Positions 36,864 to 49,059 of a DNA stretch of 64,000 nt are shown here, piece after piece. The stretch is from positions 2,934 to 66,933 of the forward strand of contig SYOX01000381.1 in assembly GCA_005804885.1 (NCBI GenBank), given 5' to 3'. Each line of letters begins with the position of its first letter. Position 1 is the first letter of the stretch. The translations under genes and the position numbers were made by a program. Source of the stretch: Pseudomonadota bacterium (GTDB lineage: Bacteria > Myxococcota_A > Bradymonadia > Bradymonadales > GCA-2716585). The notes beneath the pieces are model-generated. The model did not search any database. It was not told the DNA's origin and saw only the letters and a list, made by a program, of their open reading frames with translations.

Positions 36864-37370
36864 CTAATTCGCGGCGACCTTGATCGACACGTCCTTCTTG
36901 AAGAGCTCGCACTTCTCCTCATTGCAGATGCTGAACTTGACGCTGGCCGTCAGCTCGCCCTCCCCCGCCGCCTTGGCCTCCACCGGGAAGGTCACCGACG
37001 CCTTCTCCTTCGACAAGGACCAGGCGTCCTTCTTGAGCGACTCGGCCACCGTCAGGTTCTCGCCGCCCTTGAGATCCACCGACCACGGGTACATCTCGTT
37101 GATCTTGTAGCCCGAGGCCGGCGTGATCGTGATCGCGCCCTCGGCCTTCGATCCCACCGCGACCGTCACCGCCGCCGCGTCCAACGTGTAGATGTCCGCC
37201 TTCGCACCCTCATCGGGCGCCGCCTTCGAACCCTCGATCGGGGCCTCGGCCTTCGGGGCCTCCACCACCGGCTCCGCCGCAGGCTCAGCCGAGTTCGGAG
37301 TCTCGCAACCCGCCGTCACGATCAACAACCCCGCGACCAGGGCCAACAACACCACCTCAGTTCGCCTCAT
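36864..37370 (-). CDS. Lipoprotein with DsbD-N-like Ig fold (C-x4-C)
   Basis: MRRTEVVLLALVAGLLIVTAG|C; ITP.SGYKIN..YP; FSICNEEKCE. Confidence 0.7.
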   Translation of the reverse strand: MRRTEVVLLALVAGLLIVTAGCETPNSAEPAAEPVVEAPKAEAPIEGSKAAPDEGAKADIYTLDAAAVTVAVGSKAEGAITITPASGYKINEMYPWSVDLKGGENLTVAESLKKDAWSLSKEKASVTFPVEAKAAGEGELTASVKFSICNEEKCELFKKDVSIKVAAN

Positions 37371-37661
37371 CTCTCTCCCTCCACGCCGCATGTTGGAAAC
37401 CTGAACCTCGAAAACCAATCCCACAGACGCCGCGCAGCATACACCCAACCGACACCCACGTCGAAGCTCTGCGCCCTCCAATCAACATGTCACCAGGGCC
37501 GCCCCTGCTTCCCACCTCGCCTGGGGCACCCGCGCCCCCCTCGGAATCAAGGCCGGGGCTGGTCAAGGTCCGGGCCCTCTGGTAATACTCCGAGACAGCC
37601 ACAAAGGGGACGCGCGGCCTCGCCCGGCTCCCCCTCAACCCTCAACCGATCGGCGCCCCAG

Positions 37662-38414
37662 ATGGGAAAAAAACCTACTATCGACGGCCACTTGCGGCTC
37701 GACGAGCAGCGCCACCAGGCGCGCCGCAGGCTGATCATCTCCGGCCTCACCGCCCTCGTCATGATGGCCTCCGGCGTCGCCCTCGTCGCTGGCCTCAAGC
37801 CCGCCGAGCAGGCCGAGGTCGCGGCGCCCGACGAGAGCCAGGCCCCCGACCTCGCCCCCGATCAGGCGCCTGCCGAGGTCGCAGACGCAAAGCCCGACGA
37901 GGATGAGGCCGCCCCCACCGCGCCCGCCGCCGACGTCGAAGAAACACCGCCGCAGGCGATCGCCGATCCCGCCGTCGCGGCGGAGAGCGGCGACGCCGCG
38001 AAGGGCGACGAGCCAGACGCGGCGCCGGCTTTCGACGATGGCCCCTCGGACGACGGCGCAGCGGCGGCCCAAGGCGCCGAGGGCCAGTGGTGGCTCGGGA
38101 TCCACGGCAAGCGGTGCAAGCTGGAGCTTGGGGAGCACAAGAGGCTCATCATGCGCGAGGGCCGGCTGAACAAGGACGAGTCGACGACCTACGGACCCTT
38201 CGCCAACGGCCCCGTCGCCGCCCGCGTGCAAGAGGATCTCAACCCGGAGGTCACCGTCCACCACATCGGCCTCCACCCCAGGAACCAGCGCCCGAGCCTG
38301 GCCTACGTCACCCTCCATCAGCAGGGCAAGGACACCCTGGGCATCCTCCCCCTGCAGATCTCCGGCGATCAGCTCACCCTGACGCCTGTCGCCGTCAAGG
38401 CCCCCCGCCGATGA
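37662..38414 (+). CDS. Membrane-anchored hypothetical protein
   Basis: N-terminal TM segment, A/P/D/E-rich linker, globular C-terminus; ATGA overlap with the next gene. Confidence 0.65.
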   Translation: MGKKPTIDGHLRLDEQRHQARRRLIISGLTALVMMASGVALVAGLKPAEQAEVAAPDESQAPDLAPDQAPAEVADAKPDEDEAAPTAPAADVEETPPQAIADPAVAAESGDAAKGDEPDAAPAFDDGPSDDGAAAAQGAEGQWWLGIHGKRCKLELGEHKRLIMREGRLNKDESTTYGPFANGPVAARVQEDLNPEVTVHHIGLHPRNQRPSLAYVTLHQQGKDTLGILPLQISGDQLTLTPVAVKAPRR

Positions 38415-40120
38415 TCGACTGTCCGCGATGTGGCGCGCTCAACGCCAGCGAGCGGAAGCGCTGCGTGCGCTGTCAGGCCTGGTTGCCCGTCACCTTGCCC
38501 AAGGTCGAGCCCAAGGCCAACGCCAAGGAGGGCGCCGGGGAGCCCGAGGTGCCCCTGGACGACGCCGTCCTCGATTACAGCCAGAGCGACAAGGGCGGCG
38601 TCACGCTGGTTCACCGCCCCGAGCCGCAAGCTCCCCTTCGGAACAAGTCCCGCGAGGTCCCCTTCAACCTCGATGAGGAGGACATCTTCACCTCCGCCGA
38701 GATCTCCGACGACCTCGGCACTCCCTCGGAGTCGCGCCCACAGCGCGCCCCGACGCCTCGCGCGGCGCTCGAGAAGCCCATCAAGCGGAGGCTGGGAGAG
38801 GCGGCGGCCCCGGCATCCGGGAGGACGCCGCCCCCGCTGCCGACCCGGGAGATCGCCACGGTCGTGCGCAAGATCGCCCGACCTGAGGCGGCTCCACCGC
38901 CGGGGGTCGCCGTCGCCTACGTCCCTGGCCGGGGCATCGTCCCCGTCGACGTCAAGGCCGCCGAGGCGCCGCCCACCGGACAGATCGGGGCGGCGTCGAG
39001 CGCGAGGCCGGGATCTCCGTCAGGCTCCGAGCTCAAGGCGCGCGCTTCGACCCCCGCTCCCCCGCCCCTCCCCGCACAGGGCGCCTCCGACCTCCGCACA
39101 TCCGAAGCCGCGATGAGGCTCAAGGCCGCGGTCAAGGCCGCGGTCCGCGCGCGCTCGGAGGGGGCGTTCGATCCGCCAATGGAGGCCCCGACGCTGGTCT
39201 CCCCCTACCCCCTGTCTCCCGATCCGGCGCAGGATCTGGGCGAGGTCGTGAAGCTCGGGGCGCTCTTTGTCATGGGCGATGAGCCCTCGGAGGACGCCCC
39301 GGCTGAGGCGACGAGGGAGGCCGCCGTCGAGCGCGACAAGGGAGATGGGCCGCAAGACCCGTCGGCGGAGGCGGCGATCGAGGCGGCGTTGCAGGGCGCC
39401 GGGGCGGGCGCAAAGGCGCGGGGGCCGCGCGTCTTCCTGGCGGGAGACGGCGAGCCGGACGCGGTGACCCGGACGGAGGTCGGCGCCATCCTGGTCCAGA
39501 GCGCGGCGATCAAGCTGGAGCGCCTCGACGCGGACGGGAGCGTCCACACGGCCCACAGGCTGGAGCAGGGCCGCCACTTCATCGGTCGAGAGGAGGGAGA
39601 CATCCTGTTGTCGAGCGACAAGGCCGCGTCACCGTGGCACGCGCAGCTCCTCGTCGCCGGGGGCAAGGTCTCCATCAAGGACATGGGGTCGCTCAACGGC
39701 GTCCACGTGCGGATCGAGGGCGATCGGCGCTTGTCGGACAAGGACTCGATGCTCGTCGGCGGCCAGCGCTTCATCTTCCGGTCGTCCTGGGATCCGCGCG
39801 AGGAGGAGGACACCGTCGAGCTTGGCGGCGCGGGGTACGCGGACCCGACCAGGCTGCTCTTGAAGCGCGCCGGGGGTGAGGTCGTCGGGGTCTACTTCGT
39901 CGGGGAGGGGCTGGCGATAGGGCGAACGCGGGGCGAGCTGGCCTTCGGGGCCGACGAGCGCATGGCGGACGAGCACGCCGCGATCCGGCGGGTCGAGGGC
40001 GGCTTCGTGATCCGATCGCTGAGCGCGCGCGGGGTGATGGTGTCGATCCGCGAGGAGGTGGCGCTGTCGGACGGGCAGACCTTTCAGCTCGGACGAACGT
40101 TGTTCAGGGTCGCGTTGTAG
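38411..40120 (+). CDS. Zinc-ribbon + tandem FHA domain protein
   Basis: Starts MIDCPRCGALN...CVRC, then a long Pro/Ala linker. FHA1: IGREEG...S.WHA...DMGSLNG. FHA2: IGRTRG...DEHA. Confidence 0.82.
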   Translation: MIDCPRCGALNASERKRCVRCQAWLPVTLPKVEPKANAKEGAGEPEVPLDDAVLDYSQSDKGGVTLVHRPEPQAPLRNKSREVPFNLDEEDIFTSAEISDDLGTPSESRPQRAPTPRAALEKPIKRRLGEAAAPASGRTPPPLPTREIATVVRKIARPEAAPPPGVAVAYVPGRGIVPVDVKAAEAPPTGQIGAASSARPGSPSGSELKARASTPAPPPLPAQGASDLRTSEAAMRLKAAVKAAVRARSEGAFDPPMEAPTLVSPYPLSPDPAQDLGEVVKLGALFVMGDEPSEDAPAEATREAAVERDKGDGPQDPSAEAAIEAALQGAGAGAKARGPRVFLAGDGEPDAVTRTEVGAILVQSAAIKLERLDADGSVHTAHRLEQGRHFIGREEGDILLSSDKAASPWHAQLLVAGGKVSIKDMGSLNGVHVRIEGDRRLSDKDSMLVGGQRFIFRSSWDPREEEDTVELGGAGYADPTRLLLKRAGGEVVGVYFVGEGLAIGRTRGELAFGADERMADEHAAIRRVEGGFVIRSLSARGVMVSIREEVALSDGQTFQLGRTLFRVAL

Positions 40121-40181
40121 GTCCGCAGCGCCGCGATCGCTCTGTCTGCGCGGGCGCCTCGCGGGCTCGCGGGGCGGCGCC

Positions 40182-40211
40182 TTTACATCGAGCGGCGCGG
40201 CTGCCTAGAAT
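40182..40211 (+). promoter_or_regulatory. sigma70-type promoter for the kinase operon
   Basis: TTTACA-N18-TAGAAT, 34 nt upstream of ATG at 40245. Confidence 0.55.
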
Positions 40212-40244
40212 CGTCCCATCCAGGGGGCAGGAGCGACCTTCAAG

Positions 40245-42248
40245 ATGTCATACTCGGGCATGATCGGCGAGCACCTCGGAAGGTACCGTGTCGAGGAGGA
40301 GGTCGGCCAGGGCGGCATGTCCGTGGTCTACCGAGGCCGCGACACGGTGCTCCAGCGCCAGGTCGCCATCAAGGTCCTGCACCCCCACCTGCAGAACCGG
40401 GCCGAGTCCAGGGCGCGCTTTGAGCGCGAGGCGCAGGCCGTCGCCAAGCTCTCCCACCCTAACATATTGCAGATATACGACTTTTCTGAAGCAGGCAGCA
40501 CGCGCAGCTACATCGTCACCGAGTTCATCCGGGGCAAGACGCTGCGGGACTTCATCGACGACCGGCCGATCGCGCACCCCGAGGTCGCGGCGATGATGGG
40601 GGTGCAGCTGTGCGAGGCGGTGCAGCACGCCCACGAGCTGGGGATCATCCACCGGGACATCAAGCCCGAGAACGTGATGATCTGCGAGGACGGGGTGCTC
40701 AAGCTGATGGACTTCGGCATCGCGCAGATCCTGGACGCCCACGCGATGACGATGACGGGGACCCTGCTGGGCTCGCCGGCGCACATGAGCCCGGAGATGA
40801 TCGAGGGGCTGCCGCTGGACTTCAGGGCGGACGTCTTCAGCCTCGGGACGCTGCTCTACTTTGCGGCCACTGGCGAGCTGCCCTTCACGGGGTCCAACCC
40901 GCCGCTGGTGCTCAAGGCCATCCTGGAGGGGAACTACACCGAAGCCGAGATGGTCAACCCGCGCGTGGGGCGGACGCTGTCGAGGATCATCGACCGGTGC
41001 CTGGAGCGCGACGCCGAGGATCGCTTCGAATCGATGAGCGCGCTGCGCGACAGCCTCAAGGCCTTCCTCGATGACTGCAACCTCGGCGAGGTCGACGCGT
41101 GGCTGGCGAGCTACCTCGTGGAGGCCAGAGGGACGACCGTGCGGCTGCGTGGGCACCTGCTCGAGGTGCTGGAGCGTCGAGGCCGGGAGGCGCTCAAGGC
41201 CGGGAGGGTGGCGCAGGCGCTGGAGTACTTCAACCGCGTCCTGGCCATCGATCCTGAGCACGAGCAGGTCCTGCGGCTCATCCGCCGCATCGACATGCGG
41301 CGCAAGGTCTACGTCTATGTGGGGGCCGCGGCGATGTTGCTGGTGACGGCCAGCGTCGTCGCCTGGGCCAGCGCGGACCCCGACGAGCCGCCCGAGCGGC
41401 CCACGCCTGCCCCCGTACTCGCCGTCGACACCGCCCAGGTCGAAGACGACGCGCGCTTCCTGGCCGACGCCACGGGCCGCCAGAGTCGGAAGTTGACCCG
41501 CGATCTGGCCGTCGCGCAGGAGCAGATCAGGGCTCGCGCGGTCGTCGCCGGCCAGCAGCAGGCCACCTCGCTGCGCGTGAGCGCCGAGTCCGTCGCCCAG
41601 GCCATCGCAGCGCCCGACGCCGACGATCCCAGGGCCTCCAACGGGAAGAACGATCCGAAGGGCACCGCCCGCAAGGACGACAAGGAGGCCTTGGCGAGGG
41701 CGGGCGATCCGGCCAAGGACGGGGCGCCGATCGGCGACGCGACGCCGGTCAAGGAGGTCGCGGTTCAGGAGGAGCTCGTCCTGGTGCGCTTCAGCCTCCA
41801 GAACCCCAAGGAGGGCATCAGCGTCGAGGTCAACGGCCAACCCTATACAAACGCTCAACTTTCCAAGGGGGTCCGCGTGCCTCGCGGCCTGATCAAGTAC
41901 ACCGCCACCCACGCCCTGTGCGAGACCTGGCGGGCCTCGATCCCGGACGGGGGCCGGGATCTGATCAACGTCGCCGTCAAGCTCAAGTTCAAGCCCGGCG
42001 CGCTCTACGTCGACTCGGGCGAGGATCGCAACGCCTTCGTCCAGATCTACGACATCACCGGGTCGCAGATCGCCCACGGCCGCTCCCACGCCACGATCAG
42101 CGTCCCGATCATCGATCCCGAGAGCGGGCGGCGCAGCTTGAAGGTCAACGTCATCCCGAGCATCGCGGGCGCGCGGCCAGCGCTGGGTCGACAGGTCATC
42201 GTGACGGCGGGCCGCCCCACGCGATTGAGCGTGAACTTGAAGCCCTGA
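40245..42248 (+). CDS. Membrane Hanks-type Ser/Thr protein kinase
   Basis: GQGGMSVVY, VAIKVL, HRDIKPEN, DFGIA and GSPAHMSPE are present, followed by a TPR-like helix pair, a TM segment and an extracytoplasmic beta domain. Confidence 0.93.
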   Translation: MSYSGMIGEHLGRYRVEEEVGQGGMSVVYRGRDTVLQRQVAIKVLHPHLQNRAESRARFEREAQAVAKLSHPNILQIYDFSEAGSTRSYIVTEFIRGKTLRDFIDDRPIAHPEVAAMMGVQLCEAVQHAHELGIIHRDIKPENVMICEDGVLKLMDFGIAQILDAHAMTMTGTLLGSPAHMSPEMIEGLPLDFRADVFSLGTLLYFAATGELPFTGSNPPLVLKAILEGNYTEAEMVNPRVGRTLSRIIDRCLERDAEDRFESMSALRDSLKAFLDDCNLGEVDAWLASYLVEARGTTVRLRGHLLEVLERRGREALKAGRVAQALEYFNRVLAIDPEHEQVLRLIRRIDMRRKVYVYVGAAAMLLVTASVVAWASADPDEPPERPTPAPVLAVDTAQVEDDARFLADATGRQSRKLTRDLAVAQEQIRARAVVAGQQQATSLRVSAESVAQAIAAPDADDPRASNGKNDPKGTARKDDKEALARAGDPAKDGAPIGDATPVKEVAVQEELVLVRFSLQNPKEGISVEVNGQPYTNAQLSKGVRVPRGLIKYTATHALCETWRASIPDGGRDLINVAVKLKFKPGALYVDSGEDRNAFVQIYDITGSQIAHGRSHATISVPIIDPESGRRSLKVNVIPSIAGARPALGRQVIVTAGRPTRLSVNLKP

Positions 42249-42293
42249 GCGTGCTATAAGTGGCGGCTCTACGACGACCTGCGTCGAGTCGCA

Positions 42294-43481
42294 ATGGCAC
42301 AAGCCCCCCGACAACCCGCCCCCCCAGGAGACGGCCGCTTCGCGCCCGCGCTCCCCGCTCTGATCGCGCTGGCCTTGCTCATCGGCGCGTCGCCCCCGAG
42401 CTCTGCGCTGGCCCAGGCGCCGCCCGTGGACGAGGCGCCGGTCGACGCCTCGCCCGAGCCAGAGGCCGTCGACCCAGACGGCGCCGATCAGGACGACGAC
42501 GGTCAAGACGACGACGGTCAAGACGACGCCGATCAGGACGACGCCGGGCCTGAAGACCCTGAGCAGGGCGAGCAGGTCGACGCGGGCGTGGGCGCCGAGG
42601 GTGTCGAGGGAGAGCAGGAGGTGGTGGCGGCGATCGACGAGGCGAAGCAGGCCTACGTCGAGGATCGCTACGACGAGGTGGTCGGGCTGCTTGAGCCGCT
42701 GGCCGAGAGCCCCGACCGGGTGCCCGAGGTGCTCAGGTCCGAGGTGTACAGGCTGCTGGGGCTGGCCTTTCTGTCCATCGAGGCGCCGGATCGCGACAAG
42801 GCCGAGGTGTGGTTCGAGGCGCTGCTCAGGCTCCAGCCGGACTTCTTCTTCACCGAGGGGCTGGTGAGGCAGGACGCCATCGATCTGCTGGAGGAGACGC
42901 GGGCGCGGCTGGGCAGGGCCGGCGGAGAGGGGGAGCCGACGATCACGACGATCTACATCCAGAAGGAGGTCCGCGAGCACCTCTTCTGGGTCGTCTTCAT
43001 GCCCTTTGGTCTGGGGCAGTTCCAGAACGAGGAGGACGGCAAGGGGGTGTTCCTGGCCTTGACCCAGGGGCTCTCGCTGGGGATCAACGTGGGCAGCTTC
43101 GCCTTCATCGAGACGCAGCTGCGCGGCCCCACGGGCTTCTTCACCGAGGAGGACGCGGCGCTGGCGGGCAGCCTCCAGACGACGCAGTTCATCACGCTGG
43201 GGATCTTCGTGGTGCTGGTGGCGGTGGGGATCGTGGACGCGTGGTACAACTACAGCGACGAGGTGATCGAGATCCGCACGCTGCCCGGCCCGCCGGACGA
43301 GTTGACGCAGCGCCCCGAAGATCCCATCCTGAGCAGCGCACGACAGACGCCCATGGGCGCGCTGCCCGAGGCCGGGGCGGGATCGGCGGGCCGCGCCGCG
43401 CTCCCGACGGGCGAGGGTGGCGACGCGCTCGGCGCTCTGCCCTCGCCTGTGATGTTGTTTGAGATGGAGTGGCGCTTCTAG
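42294..43481 (+). CDS. Secreted TPR protein with hydrophobic helices and C-terminal aromatic beta-signal-like end
   Basis: Signal peptide, acidic (QDDDG)n linker, TPR-like helices, PFGLGQFQN motif; ends VMLFEMEWRF. Confidence 0.72.
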   Translation: MAQAPRQPAPPGDGRFAPALPALIALALLIGASPPSSALAQAPPVDEAPVDASPEPEAVDPDGADQDDDGQDDDGQDDADQDDAGPEDPEQGEQVDAGVGAEGVEGEQEVVAAIDEAKQAYVEDRYDEVVGLLEPLAESPDRVPEVLRSEVYRLLGLAFLSIEAPDRDKAEVWFEALLRLQPDFFFTEGLVRQDAIDLLEETRARLGRAGGEGEPTITTIYIQKEVREHLFWVVFMPFGLGQFQNEEDGKGVFLALTQGLSLGINVGSFAFIETQLRGPTGFFTEEDAALAGSLQTTQFITLGIFVVLVAVGIVDAWYNYSDEVIEIRTLPGPPDELTQRPEDPILSSARQTPMGALPEAGAGSAGRAALPTGEGGDALGALPSPVMLFEMEWRF

Positions 43482-43522
43482 GGCCTCGCGGCCTGCGCCC
43501 AAGCCCGAAGAGGTCGCGATCG

Positions 43523-45319
<1,797 letters not shown>

Positions 45320-45434
45320 GCGGACGCTCCGCCCCTCCCTTGCGGGCCTCCACCATGGCAAGGATGTCACAGGCGCCGCGTGGCGCTCGCCTCCGAAGCC
45401 CTCGTCGTCCTCCTGAAGGCGGGAAGTCGACGGG

Positions 45435-45450
45435 TGGCACGGCCGTTGCT
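45435..45450 (+). promoter_or_regulatory. sigma54 (-24/-12) promoter for the downstream lipoprotein pair
   Basis: TGGCAC-GGCCG-TTGCT is an exact consensus match, 116 nt after the activator's stop codon. Confidence 0.8.
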
Positions 45451-45483
45451 AACCCGAGGCCAGGACCTTGGGGCGAGGTGTCG

Positions 45484-46038
45484 ATGAACGAGCGAGGTCG
45501 GCGAGCAGGATCAAGGGCGGGATGGCGCGGGGCGGCCCTGGGGTTGTCGGCGTCGATCCTGGCCGGCTGCCCCTTCGCCCCGGCGATCCCGGTCGAGGAG
45601 AGCCCGCCGAACTTCCCGCCGCTCATCAGCGAGGAGTTCATCGCGCCGGCCTCGTCGACGGTCAACATCGTTCGCAGCGCCCCTCAGGTGAACTTTTCGG
45701 TCAATCAGATTTTTGACATGAACTCGGATGAGGAGATCGAGATCGTGTGGTTCTCGCCCCACGTCCTCGGCGGGACGATCCTCCAGACCGAGCTGGCCGG
45801 GCCGGATCCCAACAACCGCTCCCTGTTCCGGGGGCTCTTTCACCGCTACACGGGATCGACCTATACGCTCGATCCTTGCGATCTGCGCTGGTCGGACGAT
45901 GAGCGGCACACGCTGTCGGTCTTCATCTCGGACGGCAACATCACGGTCCCCGCCGGAGAGCCGCAAGTCTCCGAGGGGGCCTTTCTGGACGTACACTCGT
46001 GGTCGGTCGAGTTCACAGACTCCTGCCCGGATATCTAG
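45484..46038 (+). CDS. Lipoprotein, unknown function
   Basis: RBS GAGGTG; MNERGRR...LSASILAG|C lipobox. Confidence 0.72.
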   Translation: MNERGRRAGSRAGWRGAALGLSASILAGCPFAPAIPVEESPPNFPPLISEEFIAPASSTVNIVRSAPQVNFSVNQIFDMNSDEEIEIVWFSPHVLGGTILQTELAGPDPNNRSLFRGLFHRYTGSTYTLDPCDLRWSDDERHTLSVFISDGNITVPAGEPQVSEGAFLDVHSWSVEFTDSCPDI

Positions 46039-47627
46039 CGCTGGCGATGGCGTCGCTGGCGGGCTGCGCTCTGGAGTTGCCCGCCGAGGCGCCCGAGGCC
46101 GGTATCCAGTTGTGCTTCGTTGAGGGTGACTGCGCCCAGGGCGAGGTCTGCGAGGAGGGGTTTTGCGTGGTGGAGACGTCGATCCGGGAGCGGGTGGCGA
46201 TCCAGCTGACGCCCTCGAACACCTCCGACGTGTTGACCGAGCAGTTCCCGGTCGTCGAGCTGACCCAGGGCAGGCCGCTGCCAGACCTCCAGTTCCAGCG
46301 CCCGAAGCTCGTGCGCGGGGTCGTCCTGGCGCTGGGCGCCGACGCGGACAGCCCGCCGCAGCCCATCAACGCGGAGCTGATCTTCCGGCGCACCGAGCCG
46401 GTCATCGCGGGGCTGACGCCCCACTACCAGATCAGCGCCAGGAGGGAGGGGGGCTACCACGCCCTGCTGCCCAACGGCCTGTACGAGATCACGATCCTGC
46501 CCGAGAGCGCCGACATCCCGCCCGAGCAGGTCCGACAGCTGCCGATCACCGCCGACACCCAGTACGACGCGACCCTCTCGGGCCGCCAGAACACGATCGA
46601 GGTCACGGGCCGCCTCGTCCTGACGGACGTGCGCAACAACAAGGTCAGCCCTGTCGGGGGCGCCCGCGTCAGCGCCATCGACGCGGGGGACGCGCGCGCC
46701 TCGACGCTGGCGACGACCGCCGAGGACGGCACCTTCACCCTGCTGGTGCGCCAGAACGTGGAGGCCGTCCGGCTCTCCTTCACCCCCCCGAGCGGCAGCT
46801 TCCTGATGCCCAGGGTCGTGACCGAGAGCATCGTCCTGACCGGCGCCAGCGTGACGCTGGGCGACCTGAGCCTGGGCATCTTCCACCTGACCGGCCGGCC
46901 CATCCAGGGCATCCTGCTCGACGAGCGCGACCGGCAGCCGGTCGAGGACGTGACGCTGATCTTCCGGGGTCCGGTCGGCAATGGCACCATCGTGCGGACC
47001 TCCCAGTCGGGGGAGATGGGGGCCTTCGCCATCGACCTGCCGCCGGGCGTCTACACCGTCCAGATGATCCCGCGCGACGACACCGACTACGCCATCACCG
47101 AGGTCACTGGCCTGCGCGTCCCCTCTTCAGGCCCGCCGGGCGGCGCCTTCGAGGGCCTGACGGTCAAGTCCAAGGCCCTCGTCCGGGGCGTCGCCTGGTC
47201 CCCCGACGGCGCCCGCCCCATGCCCGGCGCCGCCGTCCTGATGCGCAGCACTCGGCTGTCGGACGCGGACGACTTCGAGGGCTCGCGCGTCTTCTCGACG
47301 CGCGCAGACGCCAAGGGGCGCTTCGAACTCAAGGTCGATCCGGGGACCTACGACATCACCCTCTCCCCCACCGATCTGAACGGCCACGCCCGCGCCTTCA
47401 CCCGCGACATCGAGATCGGCGACGGCGTCAGCGCCATCGACCTCTTCGCCGACCGGGCCAACCTGGCGCGCGGGCGAGTCATCTCCCCCGACGGCGCCCC
47501 GATGGCCGACATCCTCATCGAGATCTACCGCCAGGATCCGCAGCGCGGATCGGTGCTCATCGGCTCGGGGCTGACCAACGCGGTCGGCGAGTACCGGCTC
47601 CTCGTGCCCGCGCTCCGCCTCCAGTAA
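45999..47627 (+). CDS. Lipoprotein with Cys-rich N-terminal motif and carboxypeptidase-regulatory-like (transthyretin/prealbumin-fold) repeats
   Basis: SLAG|C lipobox; C....DC..G.VC..G.C motif; repeated G.V....G.P..GA.V...T...G.F.L...PG.Y.I. Confidence 0.78.
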   Translation: MVGRVHRLLPGYLALAMASLAGCALELPAEAPEAGIQLCFVEGDCAQGEVCEEGFCVVETSIRERVAIQLTPSNTSDVLTEQFPVVELTQGRPLPDLQFQRPKLVRGVVLALGADADSPPQPINAELIFRRTEPVIAGLTPHYQISARREGGYHALLPNGLYEITILPESADIPPEQVRQLPITADTQYDATLSGRQNTIEVTGRLVLTDVRNNKVSPVGGARVSAIDAGDARASTLATTAEDGTFTLLVRQNVEAVRLSFTPPSGSFLMPRVVTESIVLTGASVTLGDLSLGIFHLTGRPIQGILLDERDRQPVEDVTLIFRGPVGNGTIVRTSQSGEMGAFAIDLPPGVYTVQMIPRDDTDYAITEVTGLRVPSSGPPGGAFEGLTVKSKALVRGVAWSPDGARPMPGAAVLMRSTRLSDADDFEGSRVFSTRADAKGRFELKVDPGTYDITLSPTDLNGHARAFTRDIEIGDGVSAIDLFADRANLARGRVISPDGAPMADILIEIYRQDPQRGSVLIGSGLTNAVGEYRLLVPALRLQ

Positions 47628-47717
47628 ATCCCTTTACTTGCTCAAGAATCGGTGATCGACATCGAGGTCGTGCGCGCCATCGACCCGCGTGGCGGGGCGG
47701 GGACGAGGAGTGCCGCG

Positions 47718-48134
47718 CTACTTGAGGCGCTTGTCGAGCTCGGGCAGGAGCTCGGCGCAGCGGGTGCGCCACTCGGGCAGCGCGGCGGTGCGGGCCTCGG
47801 AGGCCGGGGCGTCGAAGAGTTCGAAGGCCCAGCGCTCGCAGTCGGGCTGGCGCAGGTCGCTGGCCACGAGGCGGCCGGTCTGCGGATCGTAGACCTGCCC
47901 GCTGATGGAGTTCTGGACCACGGTGATGATGATCGGGACGGTCAGCCAGAGGATCAGGATCACGGCGACGACGTAGCCGACGGCGCGCACTTTGCGGGCC
48001 GTGCCCTTGACGAGCGGGTCGTCGGAGGGCTTGTAATCCATATAGGCCCCCGAGCGCTCCTCCTCGGGGGGCTGCGCATCGACGCCGTCGCCGTTGACCT
48101 CGACGGGATCCTGGGGGGCTTCGGGCTCGGCCAT
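47718..48134 (-). CDS. Small single-pass membrane protein
   Basis: One TM segment (VGYVVAVILILWLTVPIIITVV) and a periplasmic Cys pair. Confidence 0.65.
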   Translation of the reverse strand: MAEPEAPQDPVEVNGDGVDAQPPEEERSGAYMDYKPSDDPLVKGTARKVRAVGYVVAVILILWLTVPIIITVVQNSISGQVYDPQTGRLVASDLRQPDCERWAFELFDAPASEARTAALPEWRTRCAELLPELDKRLK

Positions 48135-48156
48135 GGTGCTCGCCTCGCTTGCGCGG

Positions 48157-49059
48157 TCAGGGGATCAGCGCGCCCTCGGGGGCGACGCCGTCGCGGGTCA
48201 TCTGCATCACGCGCTTCTGCGCGTCCAGCGAGCGCTCATCGAACTTGAAGCGCTTGGCGTACTCCTCGTACGCCGTCCTGGCCTCGCCCAGCCGACCGAG
48301 CCTGTCGAGCGCCACGGCCAGATGGTAGACGATCTCGTTCTCGTCGTCCTTGTTGTGCTCAAAGGCCAGCGACTTTCGCAGGTGATCGGCGGCCCCGTCC
48401 AGATCCTTGAGGGTGAAGAGGCTCATGCCGAGCTTGTACTCCAGCTCCGGCGTGTAGAAGGTCTTCTCGACGTGCGCCAGGGACTTGAGGAAGGCGTCGC
48501 TGGCCTCCTTGAAGCTGCGCCGCTTGTAGAACTGCGCCCCCTGCTCAAAGGCGGCCTTGGCCAGATCGCGGTTGATCCGGTCGACCTCCCGCTGGAGCAT
48601 CTCCACCTCCGATCGGTTGACCAGCTTGCCCCGCACGGCCGGGAAGCGCTCCAGGATCTCCTCCTCCTTCTTCTCCTCCAGGAGCCGGTAGAGGCTGTAG
48701 GCCTCCTCCTCGGCCTCGCGGCGTCGCTCCAGCTCGGCCTCCAGCTCCCCGACTCTGTTCTGGAGGTCCTGGATGCGGACTTGCGCCCCGACGACGGCCT
48801 CCCGCTCGCGGGCCACCTGGGCCTGGAAGGCCAGATAGAGCCCGGCGAAGATCAAGACCGAGAAGAGGATGTAGGCCACGACCGAGTTGAAGACGTAGCG
48901 CTTCTCGTAGAGTTCCTGGCGTTTGCCGATCTGACGCACCTCGGAGCTGAGGTTCTTGATCAGGTTGTCGGTCTTGATGGTGAGGTTGCGCGACTCGACC
49001 AGCTCGGCCTGGAAGCGCTTGAGGGTCTCGGTGAGCTCTTCGATGCTGAGTGAAGACAT
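48157..49059 (-). CDS. Membrane-anchored coiled-coil + TPR protein (CpoB/YbgF-like C-terminus)
   Basis: Start MSSLSIEEL; TM segment; coiled coil; TPRs (AFEQGAQFY, YKLGMSLF, YHLAVALDRLG...A...YEEY..RF). Confidence 0.78.
   Translation of the reverse strand: MSSLSIEELTETLKRFQAELVESRNLTIKTDNLIKNLSSEVRQIGKRQELYEKRYVFNSVVAYILFSVLIFAGLYLAFQAQVAREREAVVGAQVRIQDLQNRVGELEAELERRREAEEEAYSLYRLLEEKKEEEILERFPAVRGKLVNRSEVEMLQREVDRINRDLAKAAFEQGAQFYKRRSFKEASDAFLKSLAHVEKTFYTPELEYKLGMSLFTLKDLDGAADHLRKSLAFEHNKDDENEIVYHLAVALDRLGRLGEARTAYEEYAKRFKFDERSLDAQKRVMQMTRDGVAPEGALIP

Noticed and set aside
42478-42546. 15-bp repeat (QDDDG/QDDAD) as a separate element
   Set aside because: It is a simple acidic linker expansion within the TPR protein.
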